From positions 11,408,001 through 11,472,000 of the forward strand of contig OX597830.1 of assembly GCA_951406725.2 (NCBI GenBank): DNA of 64,000 nt. Direction: 5' to 3'. Shown here piece by piece: positions 1-13,494 of the stretch. This DNA comes from Octopus vulgaris (taxonomy: Eukaryota). A model generated the notes under the pieces. It did no database searches. It saw only the letters and a program-made list of their open reading frames with translations, and was not told where the DNA came from. Within the stretch, counting starts at the first letter, position 1. Each line of letters begins with the position of its first letter. A program made the position numbers and the translations under genes.

Positions 1-61
1 GTTGTATTGATGTCTTTTGACAACGTTTGTTGCTCTGACAGATAGTGTTATATTCCAAAGT

Positions 62-545
62 CACTGATAGAATGTTTCCATATAGTCAACGAAAGCCAGG
101 TACGAGGGCTTATCTTTGGCTAGGTATTTCTCTTGCAGCTGTCTTAGCAGAAATATAGCATCAGTGGTGCTTTTCCCAGGCACAAACCCAAACTGCATCT
201 CATCTAAACTCACTCTCTCCCTAATTAGTTGGGCTATGACCCTCTCCGTGACCTTCATTACCTGATCCAACAACTTGATACCTCTGTAATTATTTGTATC
301 TAAAGCATCACCTTTACCTTTGTAGCAGTTGACTATGGTGCTGCTACACCAGTCATTGGGTATGACTCCTTCATGTATCACCTGGTTAACTATACAGGTG
401 ACTAGGCTATAACCGACACTGCCAGATATTTTGAGCATCTCTGCAGTAATTCCTGATGGGCTGGAGGCTTTCCCTGTTTTCATACTCTTAATTGCTTTAT
501 CTACCAAGGTACTGTCAACTCAGATAGCTGGCCCCTCTGTTGGGT
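62..545 (-). mobile_element. RTE-clade LINE reverse-transcriptase fragment
   Basis: ORF 61..507 (GKASSPSGITAEMLK...NYRGIKLL...QFGFVPGKSTTDAIF..YLAFVD) is near-identical to the long RTE copy at 45.4-49.1 kb; truncated. Confidence 0.9.
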
Positions 546-704
546 TAACACAGACAGACAGAAAAGGATTTATGCATGAGATTATTATATATTTATATAT
601 ACATGCATTTTTCTGTTTCCTTTTTCTCAATATTAAATTACTGTACATCACACCTAACACTCTATACACACACATGTATGTATGTTTATGTATATGACAT
701 TTGA

Positions 705-920
705 GTGTGGCCATGCCGGAGTACCGCCTTTTAATTGAAGAAATCGACCCTTAGACTTATTCTTTGTAAGCCTGGTGCTTATTCTATTGATATCTTCTGC
801 CAAATCACTAAGTGACAGGGACGTAAACACACCAACATCGGTTTCTAAGCGATGTTCGGGTAGAACAAACACAGACACAAAAACACACATGGTCAGCCGA
901 AGGCTATAGTAGAAGACTAC
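705..920 (-). mobile_element. tRNA-derived SINE fragment (family A)
   Basis: Reverse complement of the family A 3' part (..GGCGGTACTCCGGCATGGCCAC) seen in the full copies at 14900 and 53312. Confidence 0.75.
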
Positions 921-1233
921 CTAGTTATGTCTTATAATATACTCCAATTAGTTTATTTGATTTAATTTACTAAACTTATTCTTTCATACTTTATAATCTA
1001 CGTATAAAATTACATTTTGCAGGTAAGTTGATCTAGCAAATTAAATGAATGTTATGTCATATAATTATTTATGGAAATTAAGAACTTTTGGTAAATCTCA
1101 TATTACCTCCCCTTAACTCATTAACACGAGGATTATATTACCTGAGATTATTTTTATATACAGGAATGACGTATTTTATTTCTGATGTATTAATTAAGCT
1201 TATTTTTCCATTAGTCTTATTATTTCGTATTAA

Positions 1234-1576
1234 TCTCTCTATATATAAACGGCAAAATGTCTGCATGTGTGTCCTTTATACAAACCCACAATTTTTAAGT
1301 TAGAGGGCTTGCACTTACTATGGTCATTCAAAACTGTCCAAGGGTGGTCGTGCACATCTTTACATTTCCCCAGTCACCCCGTAAAGCCATTAAAAAATCA
1401 ATAGAAGTGACTTTTTTGTGAATTTTCTATCCAAAACCCAATCAAAATGCCCGAAACTTGATACACCAATTGAATGCCAGCTAGCTGTGTGTGATTGGTT
1501 GGAGGTTTGGACAGTACTCGTGTGTATGTGCGCATGCACGCAGCTGTATATGCATGCACTAGCACTATAGTGCTAG
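1234..1576 (+). mobile_element. Non-autonomous Helitron-like element
   Basis: A|TC-TCTCTATATATAAA 5' end and CTAG|T 3' end inside the palindrome ACTAGCACTATAGTGCTAGT; the 5' end resembles the element at 54435. Confidence 0.55.
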
Positions 1577-1652
1577 TTAGTACTGAAATGTGCCAAGTTA
1601 ACAGCATATTGAGGTGATACCTGATCCACTGCTTAAATACATAAATAAATTA

Positions 1653-3917
1653 CACTGGTCAACAGCCAATTTTCATCAGGGATATTATATGGTGTTTTAT
1701 ATGTAGTTTTGTCTGCAGATTTCAAAAATGTAATCGGTTTCCTTCTATCAGGCACAGTTTTTCTGATGAGATAAGAGAGGTATATAACTCTCATCAGCAG
1801 TATTGCTACAGGTAAACGTCTTATACAGGTAAATTCTGACTTTTGTTTTATAACTATTTGTATTCATTTTGTAATTTAATGTTTTCATAATCTTTTCTTT
1901 TCATAAATTTCCCTTTCAGTTTAAGGTGCCAAGTCGCCATCATCATCAAATTCTACTCAGGATGTCAAGGCATTGCAAGAACAGTCCGGATATATTTTGT
2001 CATGTCTGTGGTTCATTTACCACCAAAGCCCAGCAACATGCCATCACAAGTGAAATCAAGAAGATCTACCAGTTATACTTTGGCTGCTCTCTCGGGGATC
2101 AAGATAAGGGTTGGGCCCCGTACATCATCTGCTCAGCTTGTTCAAATGGACTAAGGGATTGGCTAAATAAGAGGAAGAGAGCAATGCCGTTTGCAATACC
2201 TTATATATGGAGAGAGCCAAAGGATCATTTCATGGATTGTTATTTCTGTAACGTCAATGTATGTGGGTTTAACGTAAAGACCAAGATTGTGTATCCCAAC
2301 TTGGAATCAGCAAGAAGACCAGTACCACACAACAATGATGATCTTCCTATTCCAATACCACCAGAAAATGGCCTTCAGATGTCTGATGAAGATGTATTTT
2401 CTGAAGAAAATACTACTGCTGTGGAAGAAACTGAAGTGGATGCAGATTTCATGACTGAAAATGAAGATGTACCACAGAAATTTTCTCAAGGAGAGTTAAA
2501 TGATTTAGTTAGAGACTTGTCATCGTCGAAGGATAAAGCTGAACTATTAGCATTTTGCCTACAAGAAAAGTGTCTGCTTAAGAAAAATGTTTGTATTACT
2601 CATTTCAGGAAGAGAAATAGGGATCTGACTTCATGCTTCTCTGTTGATGGACCACTTTGTTTTAGTAACAGCACTGATGAGTTATTTCGCTGTTTGTTCC
2701 AAGAGCATGTTCCAGCTGAATGGCACTTATTCATTGATTGATATAAGAGAAGCCTCAAGGCAGTACTACTACACAACAGCAATAAGAAACCATCCATTCC
2801 CATAGGACATTCAGTGCACATGAAGGAGTGTTATGAAAACATACAAGTACTCCTCAAAGCCATAAAGTATACAAACTACAGCTGGAAAGTATGCAGAGAC
2901 TTGAAGGTGATTGGAATGTTGACGGGAATGCAATCTGGGTTCAGGAAATATTGTTGCTTTTTATGCCTATGGGACAGTCATGCAACTAACAAGCACTATG
3001 TTCAATCAGAATGGCCTTTACGAAAATCATACGAGCCAGGAGTTTCTAGCGTCCAGAGTAAGCCACTATTAAATCCAGAAAATGTCCTTCTTCCTCCTCT
3101 TCACATAAAGCTTGGCCTCATGAAACAATTTGTGAAGACACTTGCCAGGAAAAGCTCCAAAAATTTTGAATATTTGAAGGCTAAATTTCCAAAAATCACT
3201 GAGGCAAAACTGAAGGAGGGCATATTCATAGGTTCGCAGATAAAAGAACTCCTGAAGGACAACCACTTCCTCACAGCACTGGATGAGATTGAGCTTAAAG
3301 CCTGGGAATCCTTCAAATGGCTCTGTGAAAATTTCCTAGGCAACAAGAGATCTCTAGAGTTTAGAAATGGAGTGAAATGTCTTCTAGACTCCTACGCTGC
3401 AATGGGCTGTCGGATATCACTAAAAGTCCATTTCCTTGATCCACATCTGGACTTTTTCGCAGAGAACCTTGGAGCAGTGTCTGATGAGCAAGGGGAATGA
3501 TTTCATCAAGACATTGAATCGATGGAACAATGATATCAAGCATTTCGGGATGCAGGAATATTAGCTGACTACTTTTGGATGTTATACAGGGATGAACCTG
3601 AGACAAAACACCAGAGAAAGTTCAAATCCCAAAGATTTTAAGTTGTTATACATTTGAGTGTATTCTAGCTTATTTGTACACAATAATTTTAATTTCGTGC
3701 AATAAAAAGCCATGAAATGATCGTATCTTGTATTCAATATACCTTATATGGACATACTTTACGTATCCTATAAGTTAAAACAGCAGGTATCATTAACATG
3801 AAAATGTGACCTGATAGAGGAAATCGGACTTCAGCTTCGTAATCAGCATCAAAAATTAACCCAGATAAGTCAATTAGCAACTCTGATGATTAAAAAGTTT
3901 CATTTTGTTGACCAGTG
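1653..3917 (+). mobile_element. Complete Chapaev3-type (CMC superfamily) DNA transposon
   Basis: Termini CACTGGTCAACA...TGTTGACCAGTG, TTA duplicated on both sides (1650-1652, 3918-3920), further subterminal inverted similarity, internal transposase. Confidence 0.88.
1962..3641 (+). pseudogene. Chapaev3 transposase, single frame with 3 in-frame stops
   Basis: Motifs FCHVCG, GDQDKGWAP..IC..C, WREPKDH..DCYFC, WHLFID, DLKV, CCFLCLWDS, LLPPLHIKLGL, SDEQGE*FHQDI; stops at 2739, 3498 and 3531 lie in the same frame. Confidence 0.88.
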
Positions 3918-4412
3918 TTATCATTACCTCTGACTGCATTTTAAGATAAGCCCCATTTAAATTTGTTCAGGCTTAGCTGTCTCTTTACATATATTTTTGC
4001 CTACATCCCAGCTATGCATGAAGGCTCTTTATGTAATTCATTGTATTTTATTTTATCTTCAATTTATTTATTTATATATAAGTATTTCTCTTACATAATG
4101 TTTATTTTCTTAATATTACCCTTACCCACTTAAGTATGCTTCATAGCATATTTACTTGTGGTTTACTTAACGGAATGCAGTATGTCTGAAATTTAAAATT
4201 TTAAAAAATTCTTTCCTATCTAATAGTTTATTATTATTGTTTTTTACTTTAAAGGCTTCCAATAAATTTTCTTAAGGGATGAACGGATATAGTTTGTATT
4301 TCAATATTTTCTCTTCCCATATTACTATAGATTTGCTATTTATTCCTTTATTTAAATCAAATTTTATTGCATTATGATTATAAACATAAACAATAAGTTA
4401 TTATTATTATTA

Positions 4413-4718
4413 TTCTTTGTAAGCCTAATACTTATTCTATCGGTCTCTTTTACCGAACCACTAAGTTACGGGGACGTAAGCACACCACCATCGGTTGTCA
4501 AGTGATGGTCGGGGACAAACACAGACACACAAACATATACACACACACATACATATATATACATATATACGACGGGCTTCTTTCAGTTTCCGTCTACCAA
4601 ATCCACTCACAAGGCTTTGGTCGGCCCGAGGCTATAGTAGAAGACACTTGCCCAAGGTGCCACGCAGTGGGACTGAACCGGGAATCATGTGGTTTGTAAG
4701 CAAGCTACTTACCACACA
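4413..4718 (-). mobile_element. tRNA-derived SINE (family A)
   Basis: Reverse complement of the TGTGTGGTAAGTAGCTTG...GGTTCAGTCCCACTGCGTGGCACCTTGGGCAAG head and body. Confidence 0.85.
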
Positions 4719-4949
4719 ACCAATAAAACTGAAGCATCAGGGAGTGTTTATCCAACAGTGATGTTTATTAGTAAATAAAGTTAAAAGACTTCTTAGGCAC
4801 ACAATACTTTTGTCACCCTGATTTGCAAGAAGAAATTCAGTCAGAAAGGATACAGTACCAGAGACAAGATAGAAACAATCTCCCACCTGGTCATCCAAAA
4901 TGCTTGATACCTATTCTCAGCCTACTACATTCCCAATTTTAGAAGAGAA

Positions 4950-5311
4950 TCATCATCATCATCATCATCATTTAGCGTCCGTTCTCCATGCTAGCATGGG
5001 TTGGACGGTTCAACTGGGGTCTGTGAAGCTGGAAGGCTTCATCAGGCCCAGTCAGATCTGGCAGTGTTTCTATGGCTGGATGCCCTTCCTAACGCCAACC
5101 ACTCCGTGAGTGTAGTGGGTGCTTTTTACGTGCCACCCGCACAGGTGCCAGACAGAGCTGGTAAACGACCACGAACGGATGGTGCTTTTACGTGTCACCG
5201 GCACGGGGGCCAGGCGAGGCTGGCAACGGACACAAATGGATGGTGCTTTTACGTGCCACCGACACGGGAGCCAGACAGAGCTGGCAAACGGCCACGAAAC
5301 GGATGGTGCTA
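4950..5311 (-). mobile_element. 5'-truncated RTE LINE 3'UTR with (GAT)n tail
   Basis: (CAT)n followed by the conserved ..CCATGCTAGCATGGGTTGGACGG..GGATGCCCTTCCTAACGCCAACCACTC block and ~60-bp repeats, as found downstream of the RTE ORFs. Confidence 0.85.
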
Positions 5312-5339
5312 AAAATATGTTTCTTTACTGCCCACAGGG

Positions 5340-6780
5340 GGCTAAAATTGAAAAAGATGGCAGCTGCATGTTTCCCTTGGATAAACATTGTTGTCATGGA
5401 AAAGTGAGATTTGAATGTGTGTGTAGCTGTCATCTTTCTAAAGAATCTTGACCAGGCTTGCACAGTTTTGCTCAGCTTTGAACAGTGGCAGTCTTTATCA
5501 AATGGAAATTTATTAACAATGATATTCCCCAACATCTTGACTTTCTTTCTCTTCTCAGTGCCCAACAATATGGCCTCTGTAAAACCAGATTCACTGGTAA
5601 TTTGTTCTCTTAAGTCACCCACCTGCAGGCTCTTGCTTTAGTGTAGGTCAATGAAAGCATTGTTGTTGCTCTAGACATCAACAAAGCCTTTGACCATGTT
5701 TGGCATGCAAATCTATCAAAACTTCCCTATTACGAACTCCCTCCATCTCACATCTCTTACATTAGTACTTTTCTATCAGATTAGACGACTGCCATGGAGT
5801 TCATTAACAATGCTCTTTCTCTCCTGATCTGAGTCAACTCTAGTGTGCCTCGGGGTTTGATTTTGTCCTCATTCTCTTCCTTCTGTATATCAATGACCTA
5901 CTTGCTATCACCTCCAATAACATTTATTCAGACGACACTACCTTTCGCTCCTCTCTATTCTTCCCCAGCCATGCATTATTCATAAGAACCTAAATGCTAC
6001 ACTTCAAATTTGCACTAATTCTATGAAAGAAGACCTTGAAAAGCATCCTTCAGGAGTGGAAAAACAATGTTATTTCTTTCAACAGCAAAAAAAAAAAAAA
6101 AAAAAAAAGCAGCCCCCACCCCCCCCCCCAACCCAAAAAAAATAAGTACTACTTACATCAAGGAAACACTGTCATACCACACCTTCACTAAACATAAGCA
6201 GCACTTAACTAGAGCTCTCATAGTCACTCCAAATGCTGGATCTTATTATTACCAAAGATCTTTGCTGGTGAAAGCATATCTTTAACCCTTTAGTATTTAA
6301 ACTGGCCATATCCGGCCAAAATATTTAATCTGTTTTATGTTCAAACTGACCAGATCCAGGCTCTCACACCTACCCTACAATGTTATTCTACATTAAGTAA
6401 TTACACCATCAAGATCTTGAAGATATGAGATAATGCATGATTAATTCAAATCAATGGGAATCAATAAGCATTATGTTTGATAGAATAATCTGAACACTAA
6501 AGGGTTAACTAAGAATGCATCTCAAAGATTGGCCTTTCTTTTCAGGGTGAGAAAATATTTCATCCCGCATCAATAATTGACATTACAAAGTTTAAATAAA
6601 GTTTGCAACAGAGTATTTCTCCAACATCTGGGATGCTGCTGCTGCTACCCACATAGACCTCTTCAAGTGTATTCATTGGAAGACCATGTGATTGATTGGC
6701 ATAAAATCACTCACAGACATGCCCCACTCTATGTCCCATGAGCGTGCTATCTCCACCCTCTGCTTTTTCTATAAGTACTA
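5340..6780 (+). mobile_element. Degraded CR1/Jockey-like LINE RT remnant
   Basis: Disrupted frames give ALDINKAFDHVWHA, SSVPRG (SGVPQG-like), YINDL and SDDTT. Confidence 0.7.
6286..6504. mobile_element. piggyBac-type MITE
   Basis: TTAA|CCCTTTAGT ... ACTAAAGGG|TTAA; inserted within the LINE remnant. Confidence 0.8.
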
Positions 6781-7087
6781 CTCCCAGGAGTTATCTAGTT
6801 TTGTACTTCCACTCGGGCATTCCCAAGTCAATCAACACCTTTTCTCATTACCCCTGTTATGCTCATCTCTCCAGGCCTTGAACTAACCACGACTTGTAGT
6901 CCTTCATCCCCAGAACATTGGCATTTGAGAATCACCTTCCTGCTCATATCTTCCCTATAGATGTTAATTAGCAATGGTTTAACTGATCTCAGAAGGCCTG
7001 CAAATGCCAAGGGCACATGCCCCTTCAACAAGACCCATGCAACCCATTTTCGTTAGGTATTCACAGCCCTTAATCATCTATATACTA

Positions 7088-7302
7088 CGGCGAACTAGCA
7101 GAAACGTTAGTGCGCCAGGTGAAATGCTTAGCGGTATTTCATCTGTCGTTACGCTCTGAGTTCAAATTCCGCCGAGGTCGACTTTGCCTTTCATCCTTTC
7201 GGGGTCGATTAAATAAGTACCAGCTACGCACTGGGGTCGATGTAATTGACTTAATCCGTGTGTCTGTCCTTGTTTGTCCCCTTGTGGGTAGTAAAGAAAC
7301 AG
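7088..7302 (+). mobile_element. tRNA-derived SINE (family B)
   Basis: GGCGAACTAGCAGAA..GAGTTCAAATTCC (B-box)..GCCTTTCATCCTTTCGGGGTCGAT..GTGGGTAGTAAAGAAA; further copies at 43020, 50033 and 51101. Confidence 0.85.
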
Positions 7303-7474
7303 GTGTATTGATAGATGATGGAATCACCAACCAGAAGCCTTGCAACAGAATGAAGTCTGCTGAAGAAACCAAGGGCCAGGTAGTGGTGATAAACCAGGCA
7401 GTGTGAGGTGCCAGTCACTCCAAAACTAAAAACAAGGAATGAAACTGTGAGCCATATAAGAGGGGACCACTTAC

Positions 7475-7928
7475 CTTTTGAAGGAGGAGGACGTTCATTT
7501 CTATTAGTGTCATTGGGTGCAGGCTGAGGACTTCGGTCCAGGAATTCCAGAGCGGTTGCTTGTAGTTCGGTACTACTGACACAAATAGCAACATGAAAGA
7601 CAGTCCTAGCTAAATCATGATTACTTATTTGTTGAAAGAAACTATTAGAAATCTCTATGAATCTTCTTTTTTGCTTCTGTTCTGCTATAGTTTTAGGTTC
7701 ATCAATTTGAAGCAACAAACACAGCCGTTCAAAGATCTCCTTCAGTGCAGCATCAGCAGACATTTTAGCATAGTGCTCCTTCAAATGTGTATCATTTTGT
7801 TTCGTTACGAGAATGTAGCCACGGAATTTATTGAAAGCATTTTGTATTTCTTCAGTTAATTTCATTTTCATATCGTCAAAGACCTTTCTGGTAAGGGTTG
7901 AATCATCTTTCTGAGCACGTTTTATGAC
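7475..7928 (-). CDS. Coding exon 3 of LOTUS/NO VEIN-like gene (gene continues further 3')
   Basis: Acceptor cctttattgtag|GTC in phase 0 matches the previous exon; open frame VIKRAQKDD...PPPSK; donor AAAG|gtaagt (phase 1). Confidence 0.85.
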
Positions 7929-8154
7929 CTACAATAAAGGGTATTGTACAAGTGCATTTGAAAAAAAAAAACAAGTTAGCATTCTGTTGAAGATCAACTC
8001 ATGCTTAGCAAGTGTATAAAAAAAGGGACACTGTAATATTAGTACATTGAATTTAGTGAGCAGTTTCTCTGTAATTATAAGGGCACTAATTCGCTGGAGC
8101 ATGTATGTATTTAGATATTGAGAACTTTAGTATCAATATCTACCACATGATATA

Positions 8155-8954
8155 CAAAGTTGTATCAAATGTCCCTGGGCTAGTTCTGTAGTGCACCAAC
8201 AGATGGCAGCACACAGTTGCGTGCACAGTGAGAGTGAGCAGTGACCTTCGTGAGGCAGTGTGCCAAGTGACATCCCTGCGTTTACTTCACAGGTTAAGAA
8301 ATTTTTGATTTCCTGATCATGTGTATGCTGTAGTCTGTGATTCTTGTCATGGACAGGAACAAAGAGCCAACATGAAACTTTGCATTGAACTCAGGAAGTC
8401 TGCCACAGAGACATTGAGCAAGCTTACAGTGACAAAGCAATGGGCCATGCGCAATATTTTTGAGTGACACAGGCATTTCGAAAGCAGAAGAACGCCCCTG
8501 GAAGACAATGAATGATCTGGAAGACCTGCCATGTGTGTCACCCCCAGAAACATGGTATTGTGCATCAAGAATTGATGCCCCCACCCCACCCCAGGGCCAG
8601 ATTGTCCATCAAGAGCCCTACTGCAATGTTTTGAAGTGTTTGATGGAGGACGTTTGGGGAAAATGACCGAATCTGTAGAGCACAAAGAACTGGATTCTTC
8701 ATGATGACAATGCACCCTGTCACCAAGCTCTCCTCACTCGTGAGTTTCTTGCCAAAAACAATATGGTATCACTTCTACACCCACCCTATTTGCCAGATTT
8801 AGCACCTGCAGGCCAGATTCCAAAAGTGGCAGTAATGCTGAGATCAGTATATTGCTGCGCAAAGTGACTATTTTGAAGGAGGTATTAAAACTTAGGAAAC
8901 TAAGTTATTTTTTATTAAACATAACTAGTCCAGGAACCTTTTGATACCACCTTG
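8155..8954 (+). mobile_element. Internally deleted mariner/Tc1 element
   Basis: TA-flanked imperfect ~30-bp TIRs (CAAAGTTGTATCAAATGTCCCTGGGCTAGT / ACTAGTCCAGGAACCTTTTGATACCACCTTG); remnants WILHDDNAPCH and HPPYLPDLAP. Confidence 0.85.
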
Positions 8955-9599
8955 TAGACAGATTGGTACCTTTCGTGTTCGTACCTAGCAGTTTCAAATA
9001 CAAATTTACACAAACAAACTCAAGGTTCAAATGTTGGCAGTAAAACACATTTCTACCTGTGAATATTTTAAGCTCAGAGCCGATTTTCATTTCACAAAAG
9101 TAAAATGAGAAAAGAGGTGTAAAATTCTTTTTCAAAGAGTAATGGTTAAAGCCATTGTCTAGAAAACTTGATTTAATGCTCCGTAATGTTAACAAATAAG
9201 GCAGCAAGCTGGCAGAATTATTAGCACATTGGACAAAATGCCCAGCAGTATTTCTTCCAGCTCTTTATGCTCTCAGGTCAAATTCCACCAAAAGTCAACT
9301 GTGCCTTTCATTGTTTTGGGGTCAATGAAATAAAGTAGCAGTCAAGTGCTGGGGTTGATGTAATCAATTTGCTTCCTCTTCCTCCTCCCAAAATAGGGGA
9401 GGAGGAATGTTGGGATCTCAGTCATTTATATGCCATGAAAATTGCATAACTGGCTTATGAGTCCAAGGGCTTGATAAAGAAAATATAATCAAAAGGTTTG
9501 CCAAAGAGATATTAGTATGTGGAGAGACCAGCCATCCAAGTTGACAGCAATATGATAGACTGGTAAGGGATGTGAAAGAAAGGGGAGCAGCAGTTGGGA

Positions 9600-9920
9600 A
9601 AGACTATCTTAACAATGATAGTTGCCAAGACTCTTAAAATATCTGGCACAAAAGGATGGAGAATAGTCACTCAAATTGTAAATCAAGTAATACAAAGTAT
9701 CATACTAAGCAGCTAGCACTGCAAACTGCTACAAGTACAAGGAGAAATGTACTAGAGAGAGGTAACTACAAAGACATCAGAACTGTTGGGCAAAGTTATG
9801 AAAGTTACAGAAAAAGTTACTGAAAACCTAATTAGTGTAGATGAGATGCAATTCAGTTTTGTTTCAAGAAAAGGCATCACTGAAGCTATATTCCTTGTGA
9901 GACAACTGTAAGAAAAATAT
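9600..9920 (+). mobile_element. Highly degraded RTE RT fragment
   Basis: DEMQFSFVSRKGITEAIFLVRQL-like sequence homologous to the other RTE copies. Confidence 0.7.
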
Positions 9921-10617
9921 TGCACGTTGCTCCAGTTTACTCAGCTGGCAAAAATGAATTGTACCTGTATTTCAAAGGGCTGGACTTGTCACACTGAATC
10001 TCCCTGAGAACTACGTTAAAGGTACACGTGTCTGTGGATTGCTCAGTCACTTGCACATTAATTTAACGAACAGGCTGTTCCATTGATCGTTTCAGCTGGG
10101 ATTCTCGTCGTAACCGACGGAGTGCTCCTTTTTATAATGAGTATAAATTAGTTGTATGTTATGTAGTGTGTGACCATAACTAGAACAAGTTTTAAACCAA
10201 GGGATTAATAAAAGTAATTGAAGAATATATATTAATTTATGGACATTTAATTAATTTTATATTTTTACATATAATGTTGTAGTTTTAAATTATTGCGAAT
10301 TTAGAATTTTTCTCTGTAAATGGTATATTACATCATGTTTATTTGATTATTTTTTATTTTATCATTAAATACATACAACTATTTATTTATTGTATATCTA
10401 TTGTTTACATCATGTTTAACAAGATAGGCTTTTTACAATGCTAGATTGTAAGTTTAAAGTTTAAAATTTTTTTTAACTGGTTTTCATCAATAAGATAAGT
10501 CATGTTTTTGCTTTACATTAATATTGTTATACTTTATTGAATTATTTACTGTCAATATACAAATATTTATATATTTATTATTTTATTATAATATCTAAAT
10601 TTATTTATGTTATTTTT

Positions 10618-10713
10618 TTGACCTGAAGAGTGGCTAAATATTTTTTTATTGAATTACTATTAAATTTTAATATTATTGATTTATATATTTAGTCATGAAA
10701 CACGCATAGTCAA
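10618..10713 (+). ncRNA. Degenerate minimal hammerhead ribozyme (Penelope-type)
   Basis: TTGAC-CTGAAGA-G-TGGCTAAATAT...ATATTTAGTCAT-GAAA-CACGCA-TA-GTCAA; loop 3 looks like CpG-decayed ACGCGCGT. Confidence 0.6.
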
Positions 10714-11838
10714 TTTAATGTTTGATTTGTTATGAAATTTTTAGAATAATAATTGTAAGATATATAATTAATTTCTATGTTGTTATTATAGATAATAACT
10801 TCACTATTGATGGAATAACTAAATAGTGGTTGGTCTCTAAATTATATATATGTCGGATTGAAACATCTGTAGGATTTTTATCAGTTATTTTTGGTTGTTT
10901 TTTTTATCCAATTTCTTTTATTCTTATTCTTGTATGTATCACTTTTACTTTGCATGACACAAATAAAATGAACCAAGCATCTATTTAAATTTTCAAATTT
11001 TTCAAATTTTTTTTCTTGTGAAAAGATGTCTCCCATCATTCTGAAGACTTTGATGAAAAACACTGGAAAAAATCCCTGTCAAAATGCAGAAATTTCAACT
11101 TATGTGGGCTGTCTGATCTAAAACTTCATTTTCCAGAAACCCTTCTCCCTCACCCCTCAGAAAAATTTTTTCCAATATATCTTTACATACACTCAATCAA
11201 CAGGATATAAGCAATTTGGTGAAAGTTTCATTAAAAAGTATTTATTTTTCTGGAAGTTATGAGGCAAATAATTTGGTGGAGTATTAAACAGAAGTTATGC
11301 CTTTTTTCAATAAAACTTAACCTTAACAGATTAACGTTAACTATCTTCACCTGACAGTTGAGAAGTCAGTTCTAATCCTTTTGATACCAACCTGCCTGAA
11401 ACACACACTGGGTTCATAATCTAAAAAAGTTCCAAATTTAAACCTTTGAATAAAATTTCATGTTAATTGCTGTTCCAAATGTCAGCTTAATAAAAAACAT
11501 AATTATTTACTAAATTCTTCATTAGTTTCAAAATTAATTAAAAGAAAAGCAGTGTTAAGAGGGCTAAGAGAGCAATTAGTTGTGAAAACAAGTTTTCAAT
11601 GACATAAATACCCAAATTTTAAAAAATAAAACCCTTGCCCAAGCTATTATATGAAAACTGAAAGAAAACATAATAGAGATAAAAAGAAAATAATCAAAAA
11701 TAAAAGAAATAAAGCAAAATCAGTATTGTCACATAATTGTGTCATCAATTGATATGAAACTATCTGAGAGTCATTAATTTCTTGAAATAAGAAAAGGATA
11801 AACGATTCCAAAATTTAAATAAAGAAATGTATCCTTAC

Positions 11839-13184
11839 CCCAATAGCAAGTGGAAGGCTCCGCAAGCGAATTCCAAGGTGAAATGGATCACTGCAGTGAA
11901 AAGCCTTCGTCAAAAATGTCATAACTTCCTGCATTTCATGTTTTTTGTACCAATTATTCTCATTAAGAAAATTTCTTATATTATCTAAAACATCCATTGT
12001 AGAGAGTTCTGGGAAACTGTCTTCACCAGGAGGAAATTTAAATAAATCAAAAACAATTTGCATCTTATGTAAAGGTCCAAGTTTGAGGCTTTGAAAAGAA
12101 TTGCTTTCATTAACATAAAGTGCAATGCATTCTTCCAGTTCTTTCAGTGTACAGACAGACCGAACTGTCACAAAGGCTTGAATATAAGCGTTAACTTTAC
12201 AGACCAAACGATTATGATCATGAACTGACGGCAAATGATCTAAAGTACGAATACCAAGTTCTCGTAAGTTTTTTCTTCTAAGGCGTTGAAGGAAAAGATT
12301 TTCAATGGCTTGAATAGACACACATTCATTATTGTCAGAAAGTATTTCAATACATTCTTTGGCAATTTTGTCAAGACGTTCTTTAGTCAGAGTCTCTCCA
12401 GGGGCAATATTTAAAGGCGGTACTAAAATTTCTTTTTCATTCGTTTTTGGTGGGGGTAGTTTTGAGAAAGGTGCGAGGTGGAAGCTATCAGTGACATGTG
12501 GCTGTTGTTGCATGGCGGGAAATGCTGGCTCACCCCATTTAGGAGCTGACATTTGATTAACATTGGAGGGATAAAACATGTTATGGCTGGGAGTATTGTG
12601 TTCCTTCAAATAAATCATTATCATATTGTTCTGTACTAAAACACTAAAACACCGAAACTCAGGCAACTTAAAAAGTTCTTCAAAATTACTGACATTATAA
12701 TCTAACAAGTTAAATTTTGACTTGTGATACATTCTCTCATAGTTATCCAGCAGTTTCGGCAGTGGCATGCCCTGAGGAAAGTTCAGAAGAACGTCACAAA
12801 ATCTGTGTCTCACTTCTGCTAGAGATGGCTTTGATGGGTTACTTCTTATTGTTTCATTAAGTGAGGGAAAATGATACATGTTCTCGCCTAAGTAAGATGA
12901 GTTTCTGTCAATAGACGGTTCATTGAAATCACTCGAAGTTTTCTTCTGTATATATAACTCATTCTTGTCACTCACCTCTACCACAATATCAGAGAAATGT
13001 TTCAGAAATTCATATAAGTTACTGAAACCATAGGATGAGGGATTCACAAAATGTCTTTGCTTCTCAGCCACCTTATTCCAAAACTGATCACGTTTTACTC
13101 TACCTCTGTTCTCATCAAGTACTTCACATATGACTTTCTTAAGTTCTTCAATACTGGGTTTATTTACTGCTTTCATTTCATTCT
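11839..13184 (-). CDS. Coding exon 2 of LOTUS/NO VEIN-like gene (two LOTUS-like domains plus NOV N-terminal-like region)
   Basis: Acceptor ttctttccag|AG joins the phase-1 G of exon 1 in frame; 1346-nt open exon; motif KVNAYIQAFVTVRSVCTLKELEECI..SFQSLKLGPL resembles NO VEIN proteins; donor ATTGGG|gtaagg. Confidence 0.88.
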
Positions 13185-13494
13185 CTGGAAAGAAGAAAAT
13201 ATGTCAATTGAATGTTATTAATAAAAAGCAAAACTATCATTATCAGTAAATCAATCAGATTGTAGAAATGCAATCTAACATTTGGTAGATAACCCATGAA
13301 AATAGCAGGCAATGAATTCAAAGAGTTTCATCAGTCTCTTTGCCAAAAACTTTTATGACATTTAATGTAATCCGTCAGTTGATGTTGGTGTCATTAAAGT
13401 GTGTTCATATTTAGATGATAATAGTGTATAAGTATGCGTGTGAGTCTATGTCTCTGCATTGTGTGTGTATGTGTTTATAAATAGAAATAGTAGT

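Noticed and set aside
4900-5451. ORFs with poly-His and WMPFLTPT / DALPNANH motifs (recurring throughout the window)
   Set aside because: Chance frames in the RTE 3'UTR and its (CAT)n tail.
1-7400. Further exons of the LOTUS/NOV-like gene
   Set aside because: No convincing phase-1 exon found; the region is mostly TE-derived, though small exons cannot be excluded.
7251-7474. 3' part of ORF 7251..7871 with a hydrophobic stretch
   Set aside because: Lies past the AG|gtaagt donor at 7474 and runs into a SINE; intronic read-through.
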